Assembly: GCF_964194155.1 (NCBI RefSeq)
Contig: NC_135908.1
Coordinates: forward strand, 8,618,001 to 8,682,000
Length of the DNA: 64,000 nt
Reading direction: 5' to 3'
Origin: Cetorhinus maximus
Taxonomy: Eukaryota
Shown: piece by piece, positions 48,996 through 61,457 of the stretch
Layout: each line of letters starts with the position of its first letter
How positions within the stretch are numbered: position 1 is the first letter of the stretch
Notes under the pieces: generated by a model
Database searches by the model: none
What the model was told of the DNA's origin: nothing
Seen by the model: the letters and a program-made list of their open reading frames with translations, nothing else
Made by a program: the position numbers and the translations under genes

Positions 48996-51900
48996 ATAAA
49001 GGAATAGGAGAAGGCCATTCAGCCCATCGAGCCTGCTCTGCCATTCAATACGATCATGGCTGATTGAAAATTTCAATGCCTTAACCCATACTATCCCCAT
49101 AACTTCACGTTATTGTTAATCAGAAATCTATCAATCTCTACCTTAAACATGCTCAATGACTGAGCTTCCACGGCCCTGTGGGGTAGGGAATTCCAAAGAT
49201 TCACAACCCTCTGAGTTAAGAAATTTCTCCTCATCTTGGTGCTAAGTGACTTCCCCCTTATTTTGAAATTGTGTCCCCTGGTTCTAGACTCCCCAACCAG
49301 GGGAACATCGAACCTGCCTTTACCCTGTCTATTCCTTTAAGTATCTTGTAGGTTTCACTGAGATCACCTCTCATTCTTTGAAACTCTAGAGAATGTAGGC
49401 CTAGTTTGCCCAATCTCTCTTCATAAGACAGTCCCGCCATCCCCGGAACAAATCTGATGAACCTTTGTTGCACTCCCTCTATGGCAATAATATCCTTTCT
49501 GAGGCAAGGGGACCAAAACTGCACACAGTACTCCAGATGCAGTCTAACCAAGCTTCTATACAATTGAAGCAAGACTTCACTACTCCTGTACTCAAATACT
49601 CTTGTGATAAAGGCTAGTATTCCGTTAGCCTTCCTAATTGCCTGCTGCATCTGCATGTTAGCTTTCAGGACAAGGACACCAAAGTCCCTTTGTAGACCTA
49701 CACTTTCTAATCTCTTACCATTTAGGAAATACTCTGCATGTCTCTTCTTTCTACCAAAGTGGATAACCTCATGTTTTTCCACATTATGTTCCATCTACCA
49801 TATTCTTGCCCACTCACTAAGTCTGTCCAAATTCTCCTGTAAATGCTTTACATCTTCCTCACCACACATGTTCCTGCCTAGCTTTGTATCATCTGCAGAC
49901 TTGGAAATATTACATTTGGTCCCCACATCCAAATCATTGTTATATATTGTTATCAGCTGGGGCCCAAGTACTGACCTTTGCGGTGCTCCACTAGTCACAG
50001 CCTGCCAACATGAGAATGACCCATTTATTCCTACTCTGTTTTTCGCCTGTTAGCCAATTCTTAATCCATACTAGTATATTGCCTCCTATCCCATGTGCTT
50101 TTATTTCGCTAATAAATCTCCTGTGGGGGACTTTATCAAAAGCCTTCTAAAAATCCAAGTATACTACATCTGTTGACTCTTATCAATTTTGTTAGTAACA
50201 TCCTCAAAAAAACTCAAGTTCGTCAAACATGATTTTCCATTCGCAAATCCATTCTGACTATGCCCAATCAGATCATGATTATTCAAGTGTCCGTTTATCA
50301 CATCCTTTATTAAAGACTTCTAGCATTTTCTCTTCTACTGATGTAAGGCTAACAGGTCTGTAGTTCCCTGTTTTCACTCTCCGTCCCTCCTTAAATAGTG
50401 GGGTGACATTTGCTACCTTCCAATCTTCAGGAACCATTGCAGAATCTATAGAATTTTGGAAAATGATCACCAATGCATCCACTATTTCTATAGCAACCTC
50501 TTTCAACAATCTGGGATGCAGAATATCAAGTCCTGGGGACTAATACATTTTCAGTCCCATTAGTTTCTCCAATACAACCTCCTTCTACTAATTTCCTTCA
50601 ACTCCTAATTCTCCATAGTCCCTTGGATCTCTGAGACATCCTCAGTGAAAACAGATACAAAGTAGTCATTTGGCTTCTCTGCCATTTCTCTATTACCCAT
50701 TGTGAATTCTCCTGACTCTGCCTGTCATGGACCCACATTTGTCTTAGCCGAATGCTTTCTTTTTACATACATATAGAAACCTTTACAGTCCATTTTTATG
50801 TTTTTTGCTAGATTGCATTCGTATTCTATTCTCCCTTTCTTTACCAGTTTCTTGGTCTTCCTTTGCTGTATTCTAAAAACCTCCCAATGCTCAGGGTTAC
50901 TGCTACAACTGGCAATTTTATAAGCCTTTTCTTTTAACCTTGTACAATCCTTAACCTCCTTTGTCAGGCATGGTTGACTGATTATTTTTGTGTTTTTGTA
51001 CCATGAACGAATGGATAAGTGCTGTAAGCTATGTAATAGTTCTTTGAAGACTATCCATTGTCTATGTACAGTCATACCTTTTAATGTATTTTCTCAATAC
51101 AGCTCAGTCAATTTGTCCCTCATGCCTTCATAATTTCCTTTATTCAACTTTAACACTCTTGCTTCAGAGTGAACTACCTCACTTTCAAACATAAACTAAT
51201 ATTTTATCATAATGTGGTCACTCGTCTCTAAAGATTCTTTTACACCAAGATTATTAATTGGCCCTTTTTTATTACATAATACTAGATATAAAATAACCTG
51301 TCCTCTAGTCAGCTCCTCAACATACTACTTTAGAAAACCATCCCTAATACACTCCAGAAACTCACCTTCCACAGCATTAGTACTCAATTGGTCTACCCAG
51401 TCCATATGCAGATTGAAGTCACCCATGATTACTGTATTGTCCATGCTACATGCTTTTCTCATCTGATTAATACCATGCCCCACATTACCACTACTGCTTG
51501 GTGGCCTATAAACAACTCCAACCAATGTCTGCTGCCCTTTGCTGTTTCTTTGCTCCACCCAAACAGATTCCACACATTGATTTTCCGATCTGAGATCCTC
51601 TCTTTACTAATGCACTGATCCCATCCCTTATTATCAGGGTAACTCCACCTCCTTTCTCTTCTTGTCTGTCCTTCCTAAACATTGAATATCCTTGAGTATT
51701 CAGTTCCCAGTCTTGATCACCATGCAACCATCTTTCCGTAATGGCAGTTTTTTATACCCATTTACCTCTATTTGTGCCTTTAGCTCATCTACCTTATTGC
51801 TAATGCTGCATGCATTCAGGTAGAGTGCCCTTAACTTTGTCTTTTTGACATCATTCCACATTTGAAGCATACTCAATGCTCTGCTTTGTTTCTCCTCCCT

Positions 51901-53270
51901 TCTGGTCTCACTGCTACTTCCTGTTGCCAACTTTACTTTCTTCCAATTTGGGCCACCCCTCAGGTTCCCACCTCCCTGACAAGCTAGTTTAAACCCAACC
52001 CAACAGCATTAGTAAATCTCCCTGTGAGTATATCAGTCCCAGTCCTGTTAAAATGTAACCCGTCCAGCTTGTACAGGTCCCACCTGCCCCAGAACCAGTC
52101 CTGATGCCCTCCCTCCTACACCAGTTCATCAGCAACGTACTTAATCGATCAGTCCTCCTTTTCCTTTGTTCACTAGCACATGACACTGGGAGTAATCCTG
52201 AGATTACTGCTCTTGAGGTCCTGCTTTTTAATTTCTTTCCTAATTTCCAGAAATCTGCTTTCAGGACCTCATCCCTCTTCCGACCTATGTCATTGGTACC
52301 AATGTGGACCATGACTTCTGGCTGATCCCTCTCCCGCGGAAGGATGTCCTGTAGCTGCTCCATGACATCCTTGACCCTGGCACCAGGGAGGCAACACACC
52401 ATCCTGGAGTCATGTTTACTGCTGCAGAAACACCTGTCTGATCCCCTGACTATGGAATCCCCGATCACTATTGCCCTTCCATTCTTCTTCCTCCTCCCCT
52501 GTATAGCTGAGCCACCCATGATGCCTCAGACGTGGCTCTGGCTGCACTCCACTGAGGAACCATCACTCTCATCAGCATCCAAATCGATTAGCAGGCAGGA
52601 TAGTCTCAGAGGAGAACTCCTGCACTACCTGCCTGGTTCTCTTAGACTGCCTGGCCTCTCCGGCTGTACGCTTCTGACCTGTTGTCTGAGCACCTGCTAA
52701 ACGTGCAATCCACGTAGTCCTCTGCCTTGTGGATGCACAACAGTGACTCCAGCTGCCTCTCAAGTTCCAAAACCTGGAGCTCAAGCTTGTGCAGCTGGTG
52801 ACACTTCCTACAGATGTGTTTGTCAGGGACACATGGTGCATCCATGACTTCACACATACAACAGGATGTACTCTCCACTTGGCTGAGCTGACCTGCCATC
52901 CATAACTCTAAAAACTATTTATTACACTTAGAGGAAGTAGAATGAATTACTAGTAACTTTACTATACTTACGCTAACTTTATCTTACTTTGGGTTACTTT
53001 ATTACTTTGTTTTACTTTGACTTGATTTAATTTTACTTTCCTATTGCGAGTGTTCCTTACTGGAATCCAAGTAGCTACTTCTTTATAAATGATTCATTTT
53101 TCTAGTTTTAAGGTATTTAAACACACTCCCTAACAGCAACTTCTCACCAGCCAATGAGCTTACAGTTTTCCTGTGATGTCCCTCCTGGATTTTTTTTTTC
53201 AAACTCAGCCCACTGCTCGAGTAGAGTTGCCCCTTGCAGATCCGGCTGTCTCTGCTCCCGGAAGGTGAGG
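48996..53270 (-). mobile_element. Near full-length decayed CR1 LINE (ORF1 zinc-finger/leucine-zipper + SGNH esterase; ORF2 APE-RT)
   Basis: ORF1: CCMCE...HICRKCHQLHKLELQVLELE (52642-52899) and IVIGDSIVRG...VHIGTNDIG (51989-52519). EN: LYLNACSI, VYRPP, MGDFN. RT: DWKVANVTPLF, NYRPVSLTS, SADDTKL, LEYCVQFWSP. Multiple frameshifts and stops. Confidence 0.95.
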
Positions 53271-55664
53271 TTGGCTGCCATTCTTGCCCTTATAACAATA
53301 GCAGTTGCACTTCAATAATAATCTACTGGATTAAAAAAAGAATGATTTGTATTTATATGGTGCTTTTCATGACCACCAGACATTTCTAAGCACCCTATGC
53401 CCAATGAAGTAATTTTTGAAGTGTAGTCAATATTGTACTGTCGGAGACACAGCAGCTAATTTGTTAATGCCCAGATAATCTGTTTTCTGTGATGTTGATT
53501 GAAGGATAAATATTCATCCAGAGACTATGGATGGCAACCTTGCTCTTCTTTGACATAGTGCCATGGGATCTTCTACATCCACTTGAGGAGGCAGATGGGG
53601 CCTTGGTTTAACATCTCATCCGAAAGACAACATCTCTCAGTGTAATGTTTCCTCAGTACTGCATTGGAGTATCGGCCTTGATTTTTGGGCTCATACCCTG
53701 GTGTAGGACTTGAGCCTGGGACCTTGTGATTCAGAGATAAATGTGCTATCTACTGAGCCACCCATGGGAAGCAATTTGGGATGTCCAGAGGATGTGAAAG
53801 TATGCAGATGTTTTATTTTTTCCAATTGTCATTATGGCTCAAATTAGCTAACTCCATACTGATTGGGAACTGACAATGAGATATTTTGGTGTGCATGGCT
53901 CAGCACTGTATTGCATGTTTGACTTTACTCAGTAATCCATTGCAGGTGCATTGTTCAGTTTCCATAATCTCAGTCTTACTGTAAAGTATAATGCTGTGCT
54001 TCTGATTATATAACATTTTGGATCATGGTGTAGTTTGTGCTAGTTTTAACGCTGCAACCTGAGTGAAATTGGCTGAACTAATGCAAAAGATTGGACAATT
54101 TAAAACGTTAATTACCTCACAGTTTAATAATCTCTTTGCCTGGAACTGGCCAAGACCCCAGATCACAATGAGAGTGGTGAATTTCCACCAATTACACCTA
54201 TTCACCACCTTTTAAAAAGAAAAATGCATGGTGTATTATCCCTGCAGTGAAACAATATGCCTGACTGGTCAGCTATTGGTGGGCTGAATTATAGGAGTAA
54301 AGCTGCATTTTTGGTACTGTGCAGCAACGCAAAATCATTAACATGATATGGAGCAAACCTCTTTGCATAGTGATTTGCAAGAAGCCTTTCACTCTCTGCC
54401 ACAGCCTGCTCTTAGCCCTGCTGTAGCTGAAACCAGAGGGGAAAGATTTAATTATAATCGCTTCCCTTGAAACCACTATGTGGATGTGATTTTCAAACTG
54501 CCTTTCGCAACCATGTACCTTTTTCACAGCTGAAACACATGGCAAATGGTAATTGCTAAATGTTTAACAAATGCATGCCTTAAGTTTCAAACCATTTTTG
54601 CTGTTTATACACTGCTCAGTTTTTTCTCTGTCTCTTTGCTGTTTACATTTAATAGGAAATAGCTTTGTAATTTATTGATTTAAGTAGTTTTTAAAATTTA
54701 CTATAGTGTTAATATTGGTTATTTCCTCCATCCTCCTACCTCTGCAGAAAATGTATTGGGATCACTTAAAAGAGAGGGTTCTCAATTTACAGATGAGGGA
54801 GATGACTGGAGGGAGTAGCTATCCTTTCGAGAGCAGCTGAGTTGGAGAGGTGGTTCTTCTCGTACCCTTCTCAATGTTAAAAGAAATGTTAATCATGGGC
54901 TGCAGTCTCTTTACTCTTTGCCACAGACTGGTCCTTGTTTATGAAGCTCTTTAAGACTGAAAAATTCTTTTGTTCTAGTTTCTTCTCCCACCCCAGCCAT
55001 TGTCATGAATTCTGTAATTTTGCTGAAGAACAACCTTGGGGGCACTGACCACCATCCACTGGCCAACCTTCAAATTGATCTTAGACAGTGAGTGTTGGAA
55101 GGCTGTTTTACTGTGGATGGCGCAACAAGAAATTCTGGTCCTGATATACATATTTTCCAATTGAGTTACTGACGGGTGATCAGGAGCAGGAATCTTGACT
55201 TTTTTTCTTCCCTCTTCCTACCCAGATCAACCCTTTTTTATTCTTTCATGGGATGTGGGTGTCGCTGGCTAAGCCAGCATTAGTTGTCCATCCCTAATTG
55301 CCCTTGAGAAGATCACGGTGAGCTGTCTTCTTGAACTGCTGTAGTCCAACCAGCAGAGGTACACCCCAGTGTTGATAGGAAGGGAATCCCAGGATTTTGA
55401 CACAGCAATATAGTTCCAAGTCAGGATGATGTGTGGCTTCATAGGATCAGACAATTTAGTTACAAAGATATTTGGGGAATTTTTCTGAGAATTTTTTTGC
55501 ATGTTTTTTTTCTTTGCAGGAATTTGGCTAAAGTTTGACAATGGGGAAATCACTGCAAAAAGTTTCCAGAAAATTCTTAAATCACATCTATATATACCTG
55601 TTAATTTATTTGAAGGTCAGGATTTTTGAGGTATTATCAGCTGAATGCCATTTGCTCTAAGTTA

Positions 55665-56500
55665 TGCTAACAGCTTGGCCTCACCTTCCACCCCATCAGT
55701 TTCCAAATTCAACAAATCATTCCCACCATTTCCACCACCTAGAATGTGATGCCATCTTTTCTTCCCCTCTTTCAGCACTCTGAGTAAGTGGAAGATGTAA
55801 CACCTTCCATTTTATTTCCTCCTTTCCCACTTTCCACGGTTCCAAACACACCTTCCAGGTGAAACAGTGATTTATTTATACTTCTTTCAATCTAGTGTAC
55901 TACGTCTACTGCTTGCAATGTGGTCTCCTGTACATTGGGGTGACCAAATGCTGATTGGGTGACCCTTTTGTGGAACGTGCCTGTTCAATCCTAAAATGCG
56001 GCCCCAGGTTTCCGGCCACCTGTCATTTTAATTCTCTACTCCACTCCCATTGTGACATCTTTGTCCTTGGCCTCCTACATTTTTTTCCAGTGAAGCTTAA
56101 CATAAACTCAAGGAACAGCACCTCACCTTTCAATGAAGCACTCTACAGCCTCCGAGACTCAATGTTGTGTTCAACAGTTTTAGTCCATAACCACCACCAC
56201 CTGTTTGTTTGGACATGAGCTCTGGTACTGATTGTTAACCCCATTTCCACTTCTTCCTAGATTATCTTTTGTTTTGTACTTGCCCCATTACCACCCTCTT
56301 TGTCTTGCAGCTTAATGTCTTTTGTCATTAATGTTTCTTGTCTTCAGTCCTATCAAAGACCTTTTCTTTTTTTCTCTCCTAACCTTGTACTTGCTTAAGT
56401 TCTGTGCATCCTTATCCTTTTCCCTTTCTGATGGAAAGTTATCAGCCTGAAATATAAACTTCGTTTTCCTCTCCACAAATCCTGCCTGACCTAATTCCAA
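55665..56500 (+). mobile_element. Penelope-like element 3' remnant (GIY-YIG endonuclease + terminal repeat region)
   Basis: 55840-55990 translates FQVKQ*F..TSFNLVYYVYCLQCGLLYIGVTKC*LGDPFVE (GIY-YIG with CxxC). A degenerate ctgatg...tgaaa motif follows at ~56428-56460. Confidence 0.85.
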
Positions 56501-56879
56501 CATTTCTGTTTTTTCTGAAAGAAGAGACATGCTGTCCAAGCTTTTCATCTTGCACTCATCAGGACAGATTTGCAAGAATGCCAATAGTAAAGGAAACAAC
56601 AATTTATGCTGCATGAGAAGAGAGTGCTGATTGGATGACAAATGGACTTTGGTAGAGGCGTTGCCATAGAAAATGCACCAGTTTTTAACTGCCAAGCTTT
56701 TGTTTAAATTCAAACCAAGCAGGTCAGTTCTGGTCAAGGCATCACCCTGGGGAATGGCTGTCCCCCCCAAGCTTTTGATTAGTTGAAAAAGGCGAAATGC
56801 ATGGACATGCCTCCTGTCTGCAAAGGCATGTATGAATATATGTAGCTTCTAGCACGTGTAAGTGAGCCACATTGTGAGG

Positions 56880-57366
56880 GTAAGACTTCTGCCCCATCTC
56901 AGGAGGAAGTCCTGCCTTAGAGGGCTGCTGATTGGCTGATAACTCTGTATTCCCAGCAATGCCAGTTTTGAGCTGGGGCCACTGCTGGGGCTACAGCCAG
57001 TACCCGAAGAAGAGGAGGTTATGAAGGCTGGACTGAAGGTAAACCTGGGGAATTGGCGAGGCATTGTTGGCAGTCCCCTGTGGGGGGGGAGTGGGAGGGT
57101 GGGGTTAAAGGGGAGGTGTACAAGGGACCCCTGAAAGACCCCAACACGAGCCCATCCAGTAAAAGCTGCTGGGTGTCCCATGCCATGGGAAAATACGAGT
57201 GGGATGAGGCACTCATTAGGCCCAAGAGTGGGCAGGCTGCACAATGCCTCGAGTGACCCCATTAAAATGGGAGATAGGTAGGGAGTGAGCGGGAAGGCCA
57301 CATGCTGCATTTTACGACCCCCACCAGCCTTCACACTTGCTGCTGGGAGAGAGTAAAATCCAACCC
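56880..57366. mobile_element. Truncated relative of the 12025 MITE-like family (one terminus)
   Basis: GC-rich body ending gtaaaatccaaccc, resembling the TIR gaaaatccaggcc. Confidence 0.4.
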
Positions 57367-59064
57367 TTTGAGTTTAATTTGGAATTGAGAACTGTTCTAT
57401 GAAAAATTAGAGTGGAAAGGTATGAATTAAGCAAAAATTCCAGCTGTGGGACAGTTTCAGCATGAGAGAATCTAACATTCATCCAATTGTTGGAACACGG
57501 TAAGTATCCCAGATTCCAGAAAGGAAATTATTTATTTTATTAGAAAAGCATATTTAAGATTACAGGTATTTTTTTTGTTATTTTTGGATATACCTTTTTA
57601 AGTTTTGGGGACTGCTTAGAATGTAAAGGTCATGAACAAAGTCAAAGTTGGATGATTGCTTATTTGACTTAGTCTGAAAAGAACAATGTTGTAAAGGTGG
57701 ATAGACTATGTTTCTCATTCTGATTAGCTGGTACCATGTAGTACTGTTCACATGGGCTGACTAAATGCAGGAGCTCTATGAAATAGTCTAGAGTGCATAA
57801 GGTGGACCATGTTTCTCTAGCCATGGCCTTGTGTGGAGTATTGTGTACAGTGATTAATAAGATGCCATCAACTGTAGACAATTCTTAGTCATTTATGCAG
57901 GGGAGCTTACGTTGCAGGAACAAGAGAATGTTGTGATTCTTGGGGACAGTTTCAGTACTGCCTGGGGAAAAAGGGGATCTTAATGAGGGTGGAGCTTTCC
58001 TAAATTCCTTATGCAGGCAGTCACTTCCTCACCAACCAATATTGCATGTGAAGCCTGCGGGAAAATTAGTCCAAAATTCTTTGTTAGTAAATGCAGTGCC
58101 ATCAGAATGTATGTCTCAGGTATTAATTAATTATTTTTTGCTTCATTGTAAAACTTCTGTGGTGCTCTAACATTTTCTGTATTGTTCTGAATACTGTGTT
58201 TGAGTTACCTGAGTTTGTGGTATCTTATCGCCTTTAAGTCAGTAGTTTCAGCTTTGTTGAGAACTGTCCTTTTCTAATGAAACATTTAGAAGGTTAAAAT
58301 AGATACAGTTAACAATTTATGCAAAACAGCACATTAACAGTAAAATAATTACAAACCAGATCAGAAAATGTATATATAAAAAAAACATTGGACCACAGGA
58401 GGAAAGTAACAATGTTTGATGTCGCTCTAACCGTTGGATGCACATCACAGGACTTTTCCATTTCGTGAGTTTCCTAGCTCGGGTGACTAAAGACAATTGC
58501 AGAGCACTTTTGCACTGTAGCAAATGCTTCATTATGCATACAAATAGTAGAAATCAAATAAAGAATTTAAATTAACTTCATTCTCCCCAACCCCTGCAAA
58601 ATATCTTATGCTTAGTGACTCCTGATTCATTGCTTGGCATCACCACCAAGTCTGATATTGAGAAAGCTGAATTAAGATGAATGGTTGAAATTACACATTA
58701 ATGAAAAATTCTTAGGTTAAACAATGGACCTCCACTATTCAAATACATGATTTTCTGGTTCAGTTTTTTTCCTGTGATTGACTCTTCTTTGGCAATTAAT
58801 TCAAATGAAAACAAGAAGGAAAAGAAGTAAAAGATAGCAAAATTTGCCCAGATATCTTCGGAATATGCCCACAGTGGCTGTTATTCATATGTGGACTTTG
58901 ACCCATGAGTATTAGTCATCTCTTAAACCATGTAGAATATTTGGCTGAACCCCATCTTATTTACCCACAGAGCCTTTCTCAGTACCTCTCGAGATGATAT
59001 CTAGTAAAGCATGTAATGTGTGAATAAGACCCCTGTCATTGCATATTGAACAGAGTCCTTTGAT

Positions 59065-60220
59065 GGTGTAACAAGCAAGGGGGATAAAGGGGAACCAGTA
59101 GATGAAGTGTATTTGGATTTCCAAAAGGTATTCGACAAGGTGCCATGTAAAAGGTTACTACACAAGGTAAGAGCTCATGTTGAGCCTGATATGTTAGCAT
59201 GCTAGAGGATTGGAGAGTCAGGATTAATGGATCATCTGCAGATTGGCAAACTTTAACTAATGTAGTCCTGCAGGGATCATTTCTGGGGCCTCAACTATTT
59301 CTGATCTGTTCATGAGTTGGATGAAGGGACCGACTCTCTATTATAGCCAAATTTTTTGATGTTACAAAGATAGATGGGAAAGCAATTTGTGAGGAGGCTA
59401 CAAATAGTCTGCATGGTGATATAGATAGGTTAAGTGAGTGTGCAAAAACTTGGCAGATGGAGTATAATGTGGGAAAAATAGAACTTGTCCACCTTGGCAG
59501 GAAGAATAGAAAATAAGAATATTATTTAAATGGAGAGAGACTGCAGAATGCTGCAGCACAGAAATACCTGGGCGTCCTTGTACATCAATATCAAAATATT
59601 AGCATGCAGATACAGCAAGTAATTAGAATGGCAAATGGAATGTTGGCTTTTATTGCAAGGGGATGAAGTGAAAACATAGGAAAGTCTTGCTACAGCTGTA
59701 GAGGGCATTGGTGAGACCACAACCAGAATAGTGTGTACAGTTCTGGTCTACTTTTAAGGAGGTCTGTTATGAAGGGGTTGTCTTATGAGGAAAGGTTGAG
59801 CAAGTTGGGCCTATACTCATTGTAGCTTAGAAGAATAAGAGGTGATCTTAATGAACCATGTAAGATTCTAAAGGGACATGACAGGGTAGATGCTGAGAGG
59901 TTGTTTCCTCTCATGGAATTTAGAAACAGGACCACAGTTTTAAAAATAAGAGATCTCTCATTAAGATGGAGATGGGGAGGAATTTCTTTCAGAGGGTTGT
60001 TAGTTTTTGGAATTCTCTTCCACAGAGAGCAGTGGGTATGCGTCATTGAATATATTCAAGGCTCAAATTTTTGATTGAGGAAGTTAAGGGTTATGAGTGG
60101 CAGGCAGGAAAGTAGAGCTAAGGTCACAATTAGATCAGCCATGATCTTATTGAATGATGGACCAGATTCAATGGGTCGAATGGCCTACTCCTTTTTGCTA
60201 TGAACTTATGATCTTACTAA
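59065..60220 (+). mobile_element. Decayed CR1 LINE RT/3' fragment
   Basis: VYLDFQKxFDKVP-like (gtgtatttggatttccaaaag), WQMEYNVGK and RGDL motifs; CR1 3'UTR. Confidence 0.9.
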
Positions 60221-60439
60221 GCTGCAAACCAATTTTGGAAGTAATAGTTTAAAATTTGCTTTGTTTTACAAGGTTTTACACAAATGAATTGCGTTTACAG
60301 CTTACCACGTGAAGAAATTTTCTCTAATAAGCCTGGATCATTGAAAATTGATTTGATTGAAAATTAAGCCAGATCTTGGGGCAATTGTCAACATATTACA
60401 TAGGAGTGAATTTGATTTTGTTTTTGAATTTTGTTCACA

Positions 60440-60780
60440 AGTCTGTTGTGTAGCACTGTATCAAATGCCTTTTGAAAATCCATATACACCACATCAACAG
60501 CGTTTCCCTTATCAACCTTCTCTTTAGCTCCTCAGAAAATTCCAGCAAGTCAGTTAAACATGATTTTCCCTTAATGAATCCATGCTGGCTTTCCTTAATT
60601 ATCCTGCACTTGTCTAAGTGACTGTTGATTTTGTCTCAAAATATTGTTTCCCCACCTCTGAAGTCAAACTGACTGGTCTGCAGTTGTCACCTTTATCGTT
60701 GCACCTCTTTTTGAACAAGGGTGTAACATTCACAATTCTCCAGTCTTCTGACATTGTCCCTGTGTCTAAGGAAGACTTTT
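60440..60780 (-). mobile_element. CR1 RT internal fragment
   Basis: ORF 60614..60823 EDWRIVNVTPLFKK...RPVSLTS. Confidence 0.85.
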
Positions 60781-61457
60781 TTTTTAGCTCGGTCAGTGAC
60801 ATCATATATTCAAAAACCTTCATTGATTGAAACTAATACAATTGATTGTATTTCCTTCAATGCTGACTTTAGATTCTCTTAAGTGGAATAGCATGATATT
60901 CATAATAGGAGTCATAACACCCCTTCGAAGCAAAGTTTGAACTTATTAGTGAAAAGAAGTATTCTTCACAATAAGTTTCAAAGAAAAGTGCTTACTGCAT
61001 CTTAACTTTGGCAAAAAGGTTTCTGACTTTGACAAAAAATATAAGCACCAGCTTATTTTTGAATTGGAATGTAATTTTGTTGGGTATTATTGGTTCTTTT
61101 CATTATGTTGCTTGTTGTGATGTACTGATGATTTGCTGCTCAGTTGATGGTAAATATGCTACCAACCCTTTCATATTACCATAACAACAGTCAGTTTTAG
61201 CTGGCTGTGTACTCAGCTTTTGGTGTAGACTGGGCAACTTTTCTAATTGTGCACCTGTAAGCTTTTTGTTCTGTGGGAATTATTGATACCACAAGTTTTC
61301 ATTTTTGTTTTCATGAAACCCTTAATTTAAAAAATAAAAGCCTTATAGATTTCTTTTTATTGTATCATATTTTATGGCTATATTTGAAAGGAAGTTTTGT
61401 TATTGACAATATATTGAGCTGGAACAATCTGGGAAATTGTGATGGTTGTGCTGGGAG

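Noticed and set aside
48988-53288. TTCTTGCC on both sides of the full-length CR1 as a TSD
   Set aside because: The right copy lies inside the flanking SINE-like sequence rather than at the element edge; probably coincidental.
56312-57334. 152-aa and 161-aa minus-strand ORFs
   Set aside because: They span Penelope and MITE remnants, and no coherent protein family is recognisable.
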